Made by a program: the position numbers and the translations under genes | Shown here: one piece after another, positions 54,401 to 62,163 of the stretch | Layout of the letters: every line of letters starts with the position of its first letter | Position numbering within the stretch: the stretch's first letter is position 1 | The notes under the pieces: generated by a model | Told to the model about the DNA's origin: nothing | Databases searched by the model: none | Seen by the model: the letters and a program-made list of their open reading frames with translations, nothing else | Source: Octopus sinensis | Taxonomy: Eukaryota | Length of the DNA: 64,000 bases | Assembly (NCBI RefSeq): GCF_006345805.1 | Contig: NC_043020.1 | Coordinates: 15,004,001 to 15,068,000, forward strand | Direction: 5' to 3'

Positions 54401-57400
54401 ATACAGGCATCCAGCAACAGGACCTCCGTAATGCTATGATGGACCATGAAGTCTGGCATAGCATAGTAAATTCCATTGTCTCAACCATGGTCGAACAATG
54501 ATGATGAACACCTTCAACATTCAACAATAAACCTGTTTTTACCAATGTATTTTATCTGTTCTAAAGTCACTACCATCCTCTTTTTCTCCATCTCTGACAG
54601 GAATTGTCTTTAATCTTTAATCTTGCAAGTCATAAGACAATCTTACTGATGCTGTTGCCTCAGATAAAAAAAAACAAAAAAACACCCAGTACACTGTAAA
54701 GTGGTTGTTGTTGTGGGGGGGGCATCCAGTTGCAGAAACCATGTCGACAATGAGACATTTTTGGAGCAAGACAGCATCCACTGACTCATTGTATCCTATG
54801 AAACTGTCAGTGTGGAAAGTGGATGTAAAATGATGAAAGCAATTGATGGAAATACTGAGCTTGTTAGTTGGCTCATTAACAAGTCCTTTACAACCCTGAG
54901 TATAAAAAGGAAAATCAATCAACAGAAACCTTACCGAGTTAAAACCAGATGGAATAAATGGTTTGTGCTATCCTGCATCTTTTAGAAGGACTTGGTGATA
55001 CAAACAGGATTTAGGTGTTGTACCAAGATAAATTGAATACTGACAATGAAACCCATTTCCTTCTTTGAGTCATTTCCAAAAGAAAGATAAATTTAAAATT
55101 TAAAATCTCTATTTGCTGTTATTGTTGAAGTTTCTTATATTTTGATATTTTGAAACAGTAACCTGAATTATGTTAGTAAATTTTCCAAACTTTCTTTTTA
55201 TAGATTGATGTGCCAATAAGTCTGGTATTTTTCAAGTGGATCTTAGGCCAAGAGCACAGTCTCACATCCAAAGACATACAGCATATTGATCCTGTTGTTG
55301 CTAGGTCCTTTTATGAACTCGAAGATATTCTCAGGCAGAAAAAAAGAATAGAAGCGGACCAGTCTCATGTAAGTATCTGAAACAAACTCTGCTTGATATT
55401 TGTATGTATGGACACAGACACACCATCATCATTATCATCCATTTTCCATGCTAGCATGGGTTGGACGGTTTGACCAGGGTCTGGGAAGTCAGGAGACTGC
55501 GCCAGGTTACAGTCTGAATTTTTACATGCCACCGACACAGGGACCAGAGGAGGCTGGCAAACGGCCACGATCGATTGGTGCTTTTTATGTGTGACAGACA
55601 CCAGTCAGGCGGTGCTGGCATCAACCACGTTCGGATGGTGCTTTTTATATGCCACTAGCACGGGTATCTTAGCTACAATTTCTATTTGATTTTTATTTTG
55701 ATGTTGGTGTTGACATACTTGACTCAACAGGTCTCCTCAAGAACATATGGAGACTAGTACATAAAAATAATAATGAAATTATTGTATACAGTGCTCAGGT
55801 GCACCACAACTTGTCAGACAGTGCATATAAAGCACATGCAGTAATGTACAAATGTCTGGAAAGCGAACAATGCATGAGTCAGATACATGCTTGTGTGTGT
55901 ATGGAGGGGAGAAAATCAGGTTTAGTGTTGGCGAATCTCAGAAAGCATGGAAGTTTTGAAGGATCTGCATGTTTTTTTATTTTTTTATTTTTACAGCCAA
56001 TTACACGCAGATGTACTAATCTCCATATTCATTGTAATTGTCTTGGATTTACACTCCTGAAAATATTCATAATCCAGAGAAGCATACCCAGGATTTACCC
56101 ATTGGATGAATTACAATAGGATTGATCACCTTAAGCAATCTTAGATGCTTCTTTCAATTTAGTGTGGTTAGCCTGAATCTGGATTATAACTGAGTGCATG
56201 TACAGTACCTGCCTGGTTAATTTGTCCCTATGTACTCGTATATATAGGCACAGGTGTGGCTGTGTGAAAGGTATTTGCTTCCCAACCACATGGTTTCAAG
56301 TTCAGTCCCAATGCATAGCACATTGGGCAAGTATCTTCTACCATAGCCCTGGGCCAATCAAAGCCTTGTTTGTGCATTTTAGTAGATGGAAAGAAGCCCA
56401 TTGTGGTGTATATGTTTGCGTTTGTCCCTCCTTGTCTTATCATTCATTTCCAATATTCTGTAAAAGCATGTCTAACCATAGGGAAATATCACCTTGTTTA
56501 GAAACAGGTGAGGGTTGGCATTAGGAAGAGCATACAGTCCTCCTCATCATCATTTAATGTCCATTGTCCATGCTGGCATGGGTTGGATGGTTTGACCAGA
56601 GCTGGCAAGCCAGTGGGGGTTGCACCAGACTCCAGTCTAATTTGGCATGGCTTCTATGGCTGGAAGCCCTTCCTAATGCCAACCACTTTACAATATGCTG
56701 GGTGCTTTTGTGTGACACCACATGGGCAGTTTTATGTGGTACCACCACAAATGCTTTACACCCATTCAACCTCCTTACCAATAATTGTCATGTGATTGTC
56801 ACTCTTTCCCTTTTTGTTTTTTTTCACTGTCATCTGTATCACATTGGTTCTTCTCTATTATACTCCTTGCTATCATATTGCTCTGGCTAGTTTCTGTCAG
56901 AGAAGAGACAAATTTTTGGTACTGGTGAAGAAACAAAACAAGCATAGAATAGAGAAGGCTTTTTAGTTTTGTGTGTATGTGTGTGTACATCTTGGTGACA
57001 ACTTCTAATACTGTTGCACAATAAAATGCATCTGGTTTACACTGTAAAGAGGATTGTGAAAGTAAGGTCATCCAGATGAAGAATCTGTTAAAAAAATTGC
57101 AATGTACATGCAAGATATGGTTCCTGAGCCATTAAAGAGGGCAGTAACTCTGGCTAAGAACTGACTTGGTGCATTGCAACCAACCCATGGAATAGCATGG
57201 ATACACGGATATAAAATGATGATGGAAAGCACACCTTAGATGTCCATTCTCAAATATTCTCTCAACATTAAATTTTTCATAAAGTTTCGAAGAATTGTCT
57301 ATAATTTTATCATGGCCTTTATAATTGTTTGGTTGTAGCTTTATAACAAATATTTGATAGCTGTTGCTTTTGTAGCTGATTTTATAGTTTTGGTCACTAG

Positions 57401-60341
57401 ACATCAGTTAGCAACACAACTTCACTTCTTTTCTAATACATGTGTTTCAAATTTTGGCATAAAGCCAGCAGTTTCGTGGAGGGATAAGTCATTCACACCA
57501 ACTCCAGTGCTCAGCTGGTATTTATTTCATCGACCTTGAAAAGATGAAAGGCAAAGTTTACCTCAGTGGAACTTGAACAGTCAAAATGCTGCTAAGCATT
57601 TTGTCCATCATGCTGATGATTCTGCCAGCTTACCACCATCTTTTTTATTACTGGTTTCCAAGATTTTTTATTTAACTGCATGGTTCTTGGTTTCAAGCAT
57701 TTGTCTTATGAAGAAAGGCTGAAGACGCTCGACCTTTATTCTCTAGAAAAACGACACCGTGGTGATCTCATTCTTGCTCACAACATCATAAGCGAAAAGT
57801 GTAACCCCTCGAAAGAGCTGTTCTTCACTCCTACTCCAGATCGTCGGCTGCAGGGTCACTCCGAAAAGCTCTATCTGCGACGATTTCATCTCAATCGAAG
57901 GAGAGGGGCTTTCTCCGTCCAGGTTGCGGATCCGTGGAATAAGCTGCCAGACGAGATAGTGAAGATGCCGATAACCGCTCGGTTCAAAGTCTCTCTTGAC
58001 CAAAAATGGCCTGAACTCTTTGCATGAACACCCTCCCTGTACGTAACTCCATGTCCCCCTACATGGCCTTGCTTTTTGCTTTTTGAGCCAAAAAATTAAC
58101 TTTAAGTTTAACTTACATTTCTGTAATATGTATGAGATGTATTGTTTCTCATTATTGTCTTATTGCACATAAATCTTTACATTTATTGTTTATCAAACTT
58201 TTCCTTTTAGACTGAAGAATCTCGCCAGTTGGCTCTCGACAGTTTGACAATGGATGGCTGCACAGTTGAAGAATTGGATTTAGATTTTACCCTTCCAGGT
58301 CATGTAAATATTGAATTAAAAAAGGGTGGCAAGGACATTCCTGTAACATTAGAGAACCTAGAAGAATATTTACAGGTAATAATATACTTTTTTATATTTT
58401 TCTGTTACATTTAAAAACCCTCCACACCAACTTTAAGAAGTCTATTGGTGAATGTGACTGAATCATTATTGTTAATGTTCTGCATTAGATGACCCACATT
58501 ACTGAAACCATAAAAAACCCCAGATATTTTAGCATCATTTTGTAAGACCTTTGTCAGTTATTCACCAGTTATCTACTTAAAGCTAGTATTTAGTTATGGA
58601 TGACACAGTTTGCATCTCCAGTCTAGAACTATCTTGTCCAGAATATATTTGCCCAAGGTGCCATACAGTGGGGCTGACAATGTATGTATATGTAGATAGA
58701 CTTACATATATTTTCTGTGCTTTATATATGTTTAGTCTTCATGCTATCTACATACATGCACACAAATATATATACTTGTTGCATGTAGCATTTTACAGTT
58801 TTCTTAAGGACAGTAAACTTTTTTTACTCATGACAGCATTGTTGTAAGCTGTTTGAAGTGTGACAGCTGTTTCGGCTGCTGTTGTCCCAGCAGAAAACAG
58901 AATTTCATAGAAGCATGTTGTTCCTTTTTCTTCAACCATTGCAAAAATTAACAAACAGAGGAGAAGCATGGCAAATCAGATGCACTACATAGCAGTATGA
59001 CTTCACATGATGCTGCCAGTTGGCTGGCTGGTGCCTGAAGGTCACATCAAGTGACTTCTAGTGACAGAAGCCTGAACTACAACAGAGAACATTTCTGGTT
59101 ACTTTTGAGTACCTCCTCATATAATAGGGTTAATGTAATCTATATATATAATATAGAATATCTGTATCTTGAATATCTGTATCAACTTCATAGTCAGTGT
59201 TAAATAGGAATTTCCTGGAGTTAATGTTAAAATACATTAAATTGGATTCTGATTGAAGACTGTAAATTTAATGGAATATTCTAACTAATTGGCTCCCGTG
59301 CTGGTGGCACGTAAAAAAACACCATCCGAATGTGATCGATGCCATTACTGCTGACTATAACTTAGAAGGTAGTGCTCCAGTTACTGTTCAGTGACTGATA
59401 CCAATAAAATAATAAAGAAAATTAAAATAAAAAAAATGACATTCTTTTACTTGCTTCGGTCATTAAACTGTAGCCATGCTGGGGCACCACCTTGAATTTT
59501 TAGTCGAATAAATCGACCCCAATGCTTATTTTGCTTTTTAAGACTGGTACTTATTTTATCAGTTACTTTTGCTACACTGCTAAGTTATGGGGATGTAAAC
59601 ACGCCAACACTGGTTGTCAAGTGGTGGTGGTGGTGGTGGTATGGGGTACACACACACACACACACATATATATACAGCAGGTTTCTTTCAATTTCCATCT
59701 ACCAAATCCACTCACAAGGCTTTGGTCAGCCTGAGGGTATAGCAAAGACACTTGCCCAAGGTGCCACACAGTGGGATTGAATCTGGAACCATGTGGTTGG
59801 AAAGCAAACTTCTTACCACAGCCATCATCATCATCATCGTTTAACATCCGTTTTCCGTGCTAGCACGGGTTGGACGGTTCGACCGGGGTCTGGGAAGCCA
59901 GGAGGCTGCACCAGGCTCCAGTCTGATCTGGTAGTGTTTCTACAGCTGGATGCCCTTCCTAACGCCAACCACTCCATGAGTGTAGTGGGTGCTTTTTACG
60001 TGCCACCGGCACAGGTGCCAGGGGAGTCTGGCATCGACCATGTTCGGATGGTGCTTTTTACGTGCCACCGGCACAGAAGCCAGTCATTTTTACATATACA
60101 TATTTATAAAGAAAAAAATCTTTCTGTGCACTAGTAACTGAAATTATTTGAGCTGTGAATCCTCAATTTCATAAGCAAGTAATGATTTAATGAATGTTTT
60201 TTTTTCTCTTTCTCTTTCCTTATCCAGCTTGTTGTCCATTGGAATCTTGTTGAAGGTGTATCAAGACAATTTGAAGCTTTTAAAGAGGGGTTTGAATCAG
60301 TATTTCCTCTTTCAACTTTACAGTGTTTCTATCCTGAAGAG
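1079..60341 (+). CDS. TRIP12: E3 ubiquitin-protein ligase TRIP12 (ARM-WWE-HECT), spliced CDS, 35 exons in window, partial at both ends
   Basis: Manually spliced GT-AG exons have consistent phases and total 4505 nt with no stop. The peptides are collinear with recalled human TRIP12 ([86 protein letters not shown]). Confidence 0.97.
2680..2765 (+). CDS. TRIP12: TRIP12 exon w2 (ARM region)
   Basis: cgtag|...|gtaaat; (M)[28 protein letters not shown]. Confidence 0.93.
3551..3748 (+). CDS. TRIP12: TRIP12 exon w3 (ARM region)
   Basis: tctag|...|gtaagt; [22 protein letters not shown]...VPVFLEK. Confidence 0.95.
4987..5085 (+). CDS. TRIP12: TRIP12 exon w4 (ARM region)
   Basis: cccag|...|gtaaga; [33 protein letters not shown]. 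Confidence 0.93.
5740..5980 (+). mobile_element. 3' fragment of an RTE/BovB-like LINE with a C-terminal zinc-finger-like motif
   Basis: [17 protein letters not shown]...[16 protein letters not shown] followed by (TA)n. Confidence 0.6.
6432..6593 (+). CDS. TRIP12: TRIP12 exon w5 (ARM region)
   Basis: tgtag|...|gtaaga; [22 protein letters not shown]...LSARVNHQ. Confidence 0.95.
7246..7709 (-). mobile_element. Internally deleted Tc1/mariner element with about 105-bp TIRs and a TA target site
   Basis: TA-CAGTGTGTC...GACACCCTG-TA with long imperfect TIRs. An internal minus-strand remnant [15 protein letters not shown]...[13 protein letters not shown] resembles a Tc1/mariner transposase C-terminus. 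Confidence 0.85.
8150..8545 (+). mobile_element. Truncated 3'-UTR copy of the RTE family (representative of about 25 copies in the window)
   Basis: Matches the reverse complement of 35083-35705. Other approximate copies: + at 425-570, 1785-1960, 4570-4862, 12505-12720, 16250-16590, 28625-28701, 41900-42242, 44400-44600, 46190-46390, 46645-46930, 50780-51370 (split), 52080-52540, 54650-54835; - at 3772-3820, 16950-17060, 17292-17435, 19242-19475, 27338-27500, 55423-55745, 56545-56750, 59823-60085, 61438-61825. Confidence 0.88.
8648..8770 (+). CDS. TRIP12: TRIP12 exon w6 (ARM region)
   Basis: tttag|...|gtaagt; [41 protein letters not shown]. Confidence 0.95.
9313..9540. mobile_element. piggyBac-like MITE family 1 (TTAA target site)
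   Basis: TTAA-CCTTTTCGTTAC...GTAACAAAAGGG-TTAA; near-identical copies at 49667-49892 and 53167-53388; diverged inverted relative at 22510-22735. Confidence 0.85.
9860..9971 (+). CDS. TRIP12: TRIP12 exon w7 (ARM region)
   Basis: tccag|...|gtaagt; [37 protein letters not shown]. Confidence 0.95.
10518..10582 (+). CDS. TRIP12: TRIP12 exon w8
   Basis: ttcag|...|gtaaga; (K)[21 protein letters not shown]. Confidence 0.92.
10996..11430 (+). mobile_element. SINE family A copy with an expanded internal (TA)n (about 11150-11243)
   Basis: Same head, body and tail as 45187-45572. Confidence 0.82.
11656..11705 (+). CDS. TRIP12: TRIP12 exon w9
   Basis: tccag|...|gtaggt; [16 protein letters not shown](G). 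Confidence 0.92.
11817..11973 (+). CDS. TRIP12: TRIP12 exon w10 (start of WWE domain)
   Basis: ttcag|...|gtaagt; [15 protein letters not shown]...[22 protein letters not shown]. Confidence 0.95.
12073..12235 (+). CDS. TRIP12: TRIP12 exon w11 (rest of WWE domain)
   Basis: tgtag|...|gtaagt; [54 protein letters not shown]. Confidence 0.94.
13505..13650 (+). CDS. TRIP12: TRIP12 exon w12
   Basis: ttcag|...|gtaatt; poly-Ser then [39 protein letters not shown]. Confidence 0.92.
14465..14830 (-). mobile_element. Fragment of an R4/Dong (R2-superfamily) LINE, restriction-like endonuclease domain
   Basis: Minus strand reads KPDIVVKDQ...[44 protein letters not shown], the PD..D..K..KY pattern of RLE domains. 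Confidence 0.7.
14852..15270 (+). mobile_element. Two tandem SINE family B copies
   Basis: AAGGTRG.AAGC..G.AGAAT...GTTCAA.TT...GACTTTGCCTTTC...AAATAAGTAC occurs twice. Confidence 0.78.
15398..15631. mobile_element. Small insertion with a 43-bp inverted repeat and a 14-bp target-site duplication
   Basis: Arms 15398-15440 and 15547-15589 (1 mismatch); ATTATTTTACTATT at 15384-15397 and 15632-15645. Confidence 0.75.
15883..15989 (+). CDS. TRIP12: TRIP12 exon w13
   Basis: tgcag|...|gtgagc; [35 protein letters not shown]. Confidence 0.94.
17632..17750 (+). CDS. TRIP12: TRIP12 exon w14
   Basis: tttag|...|gtttgt; [39 protein letters not shown]. Confidence 0.94.
18709..18919 (+). CDS. TRIP12: TRIP12 exon w15 (Ser-rich linker)
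   Basis: tctag|...|gtaagt; (G)[14 protein letters not shown]...GESEEHSSQ; ends in phase 2. Confidence 0.9.
19242..19475 (-). mobile_element. Truncated RTE 3'-end copy
   Basis: (CAT)n + CGTTTAACATCCGTTCTCCATGCTAGCATGGGTTGGACGG...CCCTTCCTAACGC; near-identical to 35083-35250. Confidence 0.88.
21082..21147 (+). CDS. TRIP12: Candidate alternative (cassette) TRIP12 exon between w15 and w16
   Basis: ttgcag|66 nt|gtgagt; phase 2-2, matching the host intron; stop-free (I)[21 protein letters not shown](L); GC-rich island in an AT-rich intron; no transcript evidence available. Confidence 0.6.
22510..22735. mobile_element. Diverged piggyBac-like MITE related to family 1
   Basis: TTAA-CCCTTTTGATAC...GTAACAAAAGGG-TTAA. 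Confidence 0.75.
22743..22798. repeat. 25-bp direct duplication
   Basis: TAAGGAGCAAAAGCAATGGTTTTAT at 22743-22767 and 22774-22798. Confidence 0.85.
22845..23725 (-). mobile_element. Degenerate mariner-type transposon
   Basis: ORF 23046..23435 (-) has [33 protein letters not shown] (mariner HTH-like). Frameshifted HD..P.H and DLA..DF.LFPKM motifs follow. TACGAG-type terminus at 23725; left end uncertain. Confidence 0.75.
25508..25822 (+). mobile_element. tRNA-derived SINE family C
   Basis: A box TGACTTAGTGG, B box GAGTTCAACAC, CORE-like TCCTTGAGCAAGGCACTT. Second copy at about 48814-49095 (+), partial copy at about 19545-19690; a related head with a different body at 48497-48813 (-). Confidence 0.75.
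25978..26126 (+). CDS. TRIP12: TRIP12 exon w16 (basic linker)
   Basis: tgtag|...|gtgaga; [19 protein letters not shown]...RGKASA. Confidence 0.9.
27638..28132. repeat. Inverted repeat of about 47 bp with a 30-bp perfect core, arms about 400 bp apart
   Basis: CAGTCAGGCAGTACAGGGAAGTGTTATCTC at 27644-27673 and its reverse complement at 28097-28126. Confidence 0.85.
28341..28453 (+). CDS. TRIP12: TRIP12 exon w17
   Basis: tgtag|...|gtgagt; (S)[37 protein letters not shown]. Confidence 0.9.
30813..30891 (+). CDS. TRIP12: TRIP12 exon w18
   Basis: tgtag|...|gtacac; [26 protein letters not shown]. Confidence 0.88.
31550..31653 (+). CDS. TRIP12: TRIP12 exon w19
   Basis: tacag|...|gtaaat; (A)[34 protein letters not shown]. 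Confidence 0.92.
33088..33273 (+). CDS. TRIP12: TRIP12 exon w20
   Basis: ttaag|...|gtaagt; [31 protein letters not shown]...[10 protein letters not shown]. Confidence 0.92.
35254..35590. repeat. 63-66 bp tandem repeat (5 units plus a partial) in the LINE 3' UTR
   Basis: TTAYGTG unit starts at 35254, 35317, 35381, 35445, 35508 and 35574. Confidence 0.9.
35777..37378 (-). pseudogene. LINE reverse transcriptase ORF remnant with one in-frame TAG (36833-36835); endonuclease part missing
   Basis: Track ORFs 36833..37348 and 35777..36769 are in the same frame, separated by one stop plus 21 sense codons ([14 protein letters not shown]...). Confidence 0.92.
37379..37420. repeat. (TA)n microsatellite at the truncated 5' end of the LINE; many other (TA)n/(CA)n tracts in the window
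   Basis: Direct reading; others include 5978-6002, 11150-11243, 21369-21392, 38095-38126 and 45111-45138. Confidence 0.9.
37955..38056 (+). CDS. TRIP12: TRIP12 exon w21
   Basis: tctag|...|gtaagt; [34 protein letters not shown]. Confidence 0.92.
38763..38855 (+). CDS. TRIP12: TRIP12 exon w22
   Basis: tttag|...|gtaaat; [31 protein letters not shown]. Confidence 0.93.
39418..39626. mobile_element. piggyBac-like MITE family 2
   Basis: TTAA-CCTATTAGCATT...AATGCTAAAGGG-TTAA. Confidence 0.75.
39711..39845 (+). CDS. TRIP12: TRIP12 exon w23
   Basis: ttcag|...|gtaaga; [45 protein letters not shown]. Confidence 0.95.
40275..41250 (-). mobile_element. Older degenerate copy of the PHD-RT RTE lineage
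   Basis: Frameshifted pieces are collinear with the 35.8-37.4 kb copy, including KTKVLVSN...[27 protein letters not shown]. Confidence 0.88.
41316..41375 (+). CDS. TRIP12: TRIP12 exon w24 (acidic tract)
   Basis: tttag|...|gtaatt; [20 protein letters not shown]. Confidence 0.9.
42682..42884 (+). CDS. TRIP12: TRIP12 exon w25
   Basis: tttag|...|gttagt; [36 protein letters not shown]...[10 protein letters not shown](W). Confidence 0.94.
43286..43507 (-). mobile_element. tRNA-derived SINE family B (CpG-rich, young copy)
   Basis: Minus strand has A-box-like TGGCAGAAACG, B-box-like CTCAAATTCCGCC and body GTCGACTTTGCCTTTCATCC. Other copies: about 14852-15045 and 15055-15270 (+, tandem), 17880-17970 (+), 33720-33925 (-), 34045-34257 (-), 45615-45820 (+), 57440-57640 (-), 61942-62128 (+). 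Confidence 0.8.
43980..44101 (+). CDS. TRIP12: TRIP12 exon w26
   Basis: tttag|...|gtaaaa; [40 protein letters not shown]. Confidence 0.92.
44908..45059 (+). CDS. TRIP12: TRIP12 exon w27
   Basis: tccag|...|gtaagt; (D)[50 protein letters not shown]. Confidence 0.94.
45187..45572 (-). mobile_element. tRNA-derived SINE family A, near full length (possibly an octopus CORE-type SINE)
   Basis: Minus strand has A box TGGCTGTGTGG, B box GGTTCAGTCCC, CORE-like CCTTGGGCRAGT, an internal (TA)n and a tail GGC.GTGCTCCAGCATGGCCGCAGTCAAATGACTGAAAC. Other copies: about 10996-11430 (+), 29886-30255 (-), 35011-35082 plus 37433-37708 (-), 50910-51229 (-), 56246-56430 (+), 59443-59823 (-), 60708-61030 (-). Confidence 0.85.
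47200..47345 (+). CDS. TRIP12: TRIP12 exon w28
   Basis: ttcag|...|gtaagt; [47 protein letters not shown]. Confidence 0.94.
47750..48200 (-). mobile_element. CR1-group LINE 3' end (second, shorter copy at about 55765-55960)
   Basis: [16 protein letters not shown]...[11 protein letters not shown]...FF...AWNKLP, then UTR and an (ATT)n tail; 47765-47955 is near-identical to 55770-55960. Confidence 0.78.
48497..49095. mobile_element. Head-to-head pair of related tRNA-derived SINEs
   Basis: The minus copy 48497-48813 (TGGCTCAGTGG / GAGTTCAATTCC) directly abuts the plus copy 48814-49095, which matches 25530-25822. Confidence 0.72.
49265..49418 (+). CDS. TRIP12: TRIP12 exon w29
   Basis: tttag|...|gtcagt; [28 protein letters not shown]...[10 protein letters not shown]. 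Confidence 0.95.
49667..49892. mobile_element. piggyBac-like MITE family 1
   Basis: Near-identical to 9313-9540; ends about 60 nt before the exon w30 acceptor. Confidence 0.85.
49951..50049 (+). CDS. TRIP12: TRIP12 exon w30 (start of HECT domain)
   Basis: aacag|...|gtaaat; [33 protein letters not shown]. Confidence 0.94.
50139..50253 (+). CDS. TRIP12: TRIP12 exon w31 (HECT)
   Basis: tccag|...|gtaagt; [38 protein letters not shown]. Confidence 0.95.
50910..51229 (-). mobile_element. Young 5'-truncated SINE family A copy nested in an RTE 3'-end copy
   Basis: Nearly identical to 45187-45510; RTE-tail sequence lies on both sides. Confidence 0.85.
52080..52540 (+). mobile_element. Truncated RTE 3'-end copy with a diverged tandem-unit array
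   Basis: Several GTGC..GGCAY/AAAGCACC units, then TTGGCGTTAGGAAGAGCATCCAGC...CCATGCTAGCATGG and (GAT)n. Confidence 0.85.
52763..52917 (+). CDS. TRIP12: TRIP12 exon w32 (HECT)
   Basis: atcag|...|gtaagt; (G)[24 protein letters not shown]...[17 protein letters not shown]. Confidence 0.93.
53167..53388. mobile_element. piggyBac-like MITE family 1 with CTAA target duplication
   Basis: CTAA-TCCTTTCGTTAC...GTAACGAAAGGG-CTAA. Confidence 0.85.
53453..53728. mobile_element. piggyBac-like MITE family 2 (TTAA-CCCTTTAGCATT termini) with a nested 60-nt retroposon tail
   Basis: TTAA-CCCTTTAGCATT...AACGCTAAAGGG-TTAA; relatives at 13205-13394, 39418-39626, 62164-62370 and 62516 to about 62705. Confidence 0.8.
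54240..54506 (+). mobile_element. 3' end of an RTE/RTE-X-like LINE with an (ATG)n tail
   Basis: [25 protein letters not shown]...RGR...[16 protein letters not shown] followed by ATGATGATG. Confidence 0.68.
55204..55368 (+). CDS. TRIP12: TRIP12 exon w33 (HECT)
   Basis: tatag|...|gtaagt; [55 protein letters not shown]. Confidence 0.95.
57680..58115 (+). mobile_element. CR1-group LINE 3' end
   Basis: [24 protein letters not shown]...GHSEKL...[13 protein letters not shown] is a typical CR1-group ORF2 C-terminus. Confidence 0.82.
58211..58375 (+). CDS. TRIP12: TRIP12 exon w34 (HECT)
   Basis: tttag|...|gtaata; [55 protein letters not shown]. Confidence 0.95.
59823..60085 (-). mobile_element. Truncated RTE 3'-end copy abutting a SINE head
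   Basis: (CAT)n tail, CCGTGCTAGCACGG hairpin, two tandem units. Confidence 0.88.
60228..60341 (+). CDS. TRIP12: TRIP12 exon w35 (HECT); gene continues beyond window
   Basis: tccag|...|gtgagt; [38 protein letters not shown]. Confidence 0.95.
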
Positions 60342-61437
60342 GTGAGTTACAAGTTTTGTTATTTTCGTTGATAATTGCAGTATCTCGTATTCTAAGATAA
60401 ATTTCAATGCTTCAATTATTAGTGAAAACTCTGCTCAGCTGAGGTGGATGTTTGATAAATAAAACTGACTGATCAGAATTCAGTTAGTTGTTTGGATGGG
60501 GAGTGGATAGTTGCCAAGGATACATGGCTTGAGTGATATAAATGTCCAAAAACCAACTATTGTTGGCATAAATAACAAATGCCAATGCATCATGGCCAGC
60601 AAAATGCTTCCAGTTTCTTATAAGGTACAGCCACAGATTCTGAGCAATTATTAAAGGTAGATGAGATCAACTTTATGGCTCACCACATACCTATCGATCT
60701 ATTATCTTTTTTTCTTCTTGTTTGTCATTAGACTGTGGCCATGCTGGGGCACTACCTTGAATTGTTAGTAGAAGGAATCGATCCCTTATTCTATCGGTCT
60801 CTTTTGCCAAACATCTAACCTATAGAGACATAAGCACACCAACAAGTTGTCAAGTGGTGGTGGAACACACACACACACAATGGGCTTCTTTCAGTTTTGG
60901 TCTACCTGATCCACTCACAAAGCGTCAGTCAGCCTGAGGCTATAGTAGAAGGCACTTGACCAACATGCCATACAGATTGAACCTGGAAACATGTGATTGG
61001 GAAGCAAGCTCCTTACCACACAGCTACACCTAAAGAAATGTCTAAAACGGGGTTAGTACCATGTAGACTGTAACTTACAAGTAGACCGCTGAAGTGTTCA
61101 CTATGCGCTTTGGACATGTCCAATTCTGCAATAAATTGGTTATACTTCCACAGTACACAAAATATTTTTTAATAATTATTTTTATACATTTCCTAATAAT
61201 ATTTAATTATAAAAGTATAATTTTTTTTTTCTTAACATTGAATGGCTAGGATGGTCCACTTAAATGAAATAGAAAAAATCAAAGTGGTCCAGAGGTATAA
61301 AATGGTTGCGCAAAACTGATTTTAATGAATTACTACTTCACTGGATAGCTTTTCTAATAACAACCATTTAAATGATTTTGTTTTAGCTTGGTTGATAGCC
61401 ATTTAAAGATTAATATATTTTGCTGGAACATAATTAC

Positions 61438-61825
61438 ATCATCATCATTGTTTAGCGTCCGCTTTCCATGCTAGCATGGGTTGGATGGTTCAACTGGGGT
61501 CTGGGAAGCCAGAAGGCTGCACCAGGCCCAGTCTGATCTGGCAATATTTCTACGGCTGGATGCCTTCCCTAACGCCAACCACTCCGTGAGGTGCTTTTTA
61601 CGTGCCAGACGAGGCTGGCAAACGGCCATGATCGGATGGTGCCTTTTACGTGCCACTGGTACGGGGGCCAGGCGAGGCTGGCAATGGCCACGATCGGATG
61701 GTGCTTGTTACGTGCCACCAGCATGAGGCCAGTCGGGGCGGCGCTGGCAACGGCCTCGTTCGGATGGTTCTCTTACATACCACTGGCACTGGTATCACAG
61801 CTGCAATTTCCATTGATGTTGATCA
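61438..61825 (-). mobile_element. Truncated RTE 3'-end copy with about 3-4 tandem units
   Basis: Collinear with 35083-35625. Confidence 0.88.
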
Positions 61826-62163
61826 TTTGTTTAACATTTCTGTTAAAATTTCAACTGGCCCCTATAGTCCTACACCTTTTCTAAGATTATTTTAGTTTTC
61901 CTGTAGGAGTCTCATTCTCCATTTTAATACTTATTGTTTGTAAGGTGGCGAGCTGGCAGAATCATTACTATGCCAGGCAAAACACTTGGCAGTATTTTGC
62001 CTGTCTTTATGTTCTGAGTTCAAATTCTGCCAAGGCTGACTTTACCTTTCATCCTTTTGGGGTTGAAGTAATTGACTTAACCCCTCCTCCGAACTCGCTG
62101 GCCTTGTTCTAAGAATTGAAACCAATATCGTTTGTGTGCTAACATACATGCAGTTTTTTTCAG

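Noticed and set aside
58860-58935. Minus-strand CGAAACAGCTGTC resembling the palindromic stem III of minimal hammerheads
   Set aside because: There is no CUGANGA at a suitable distance and no stem I pairing.
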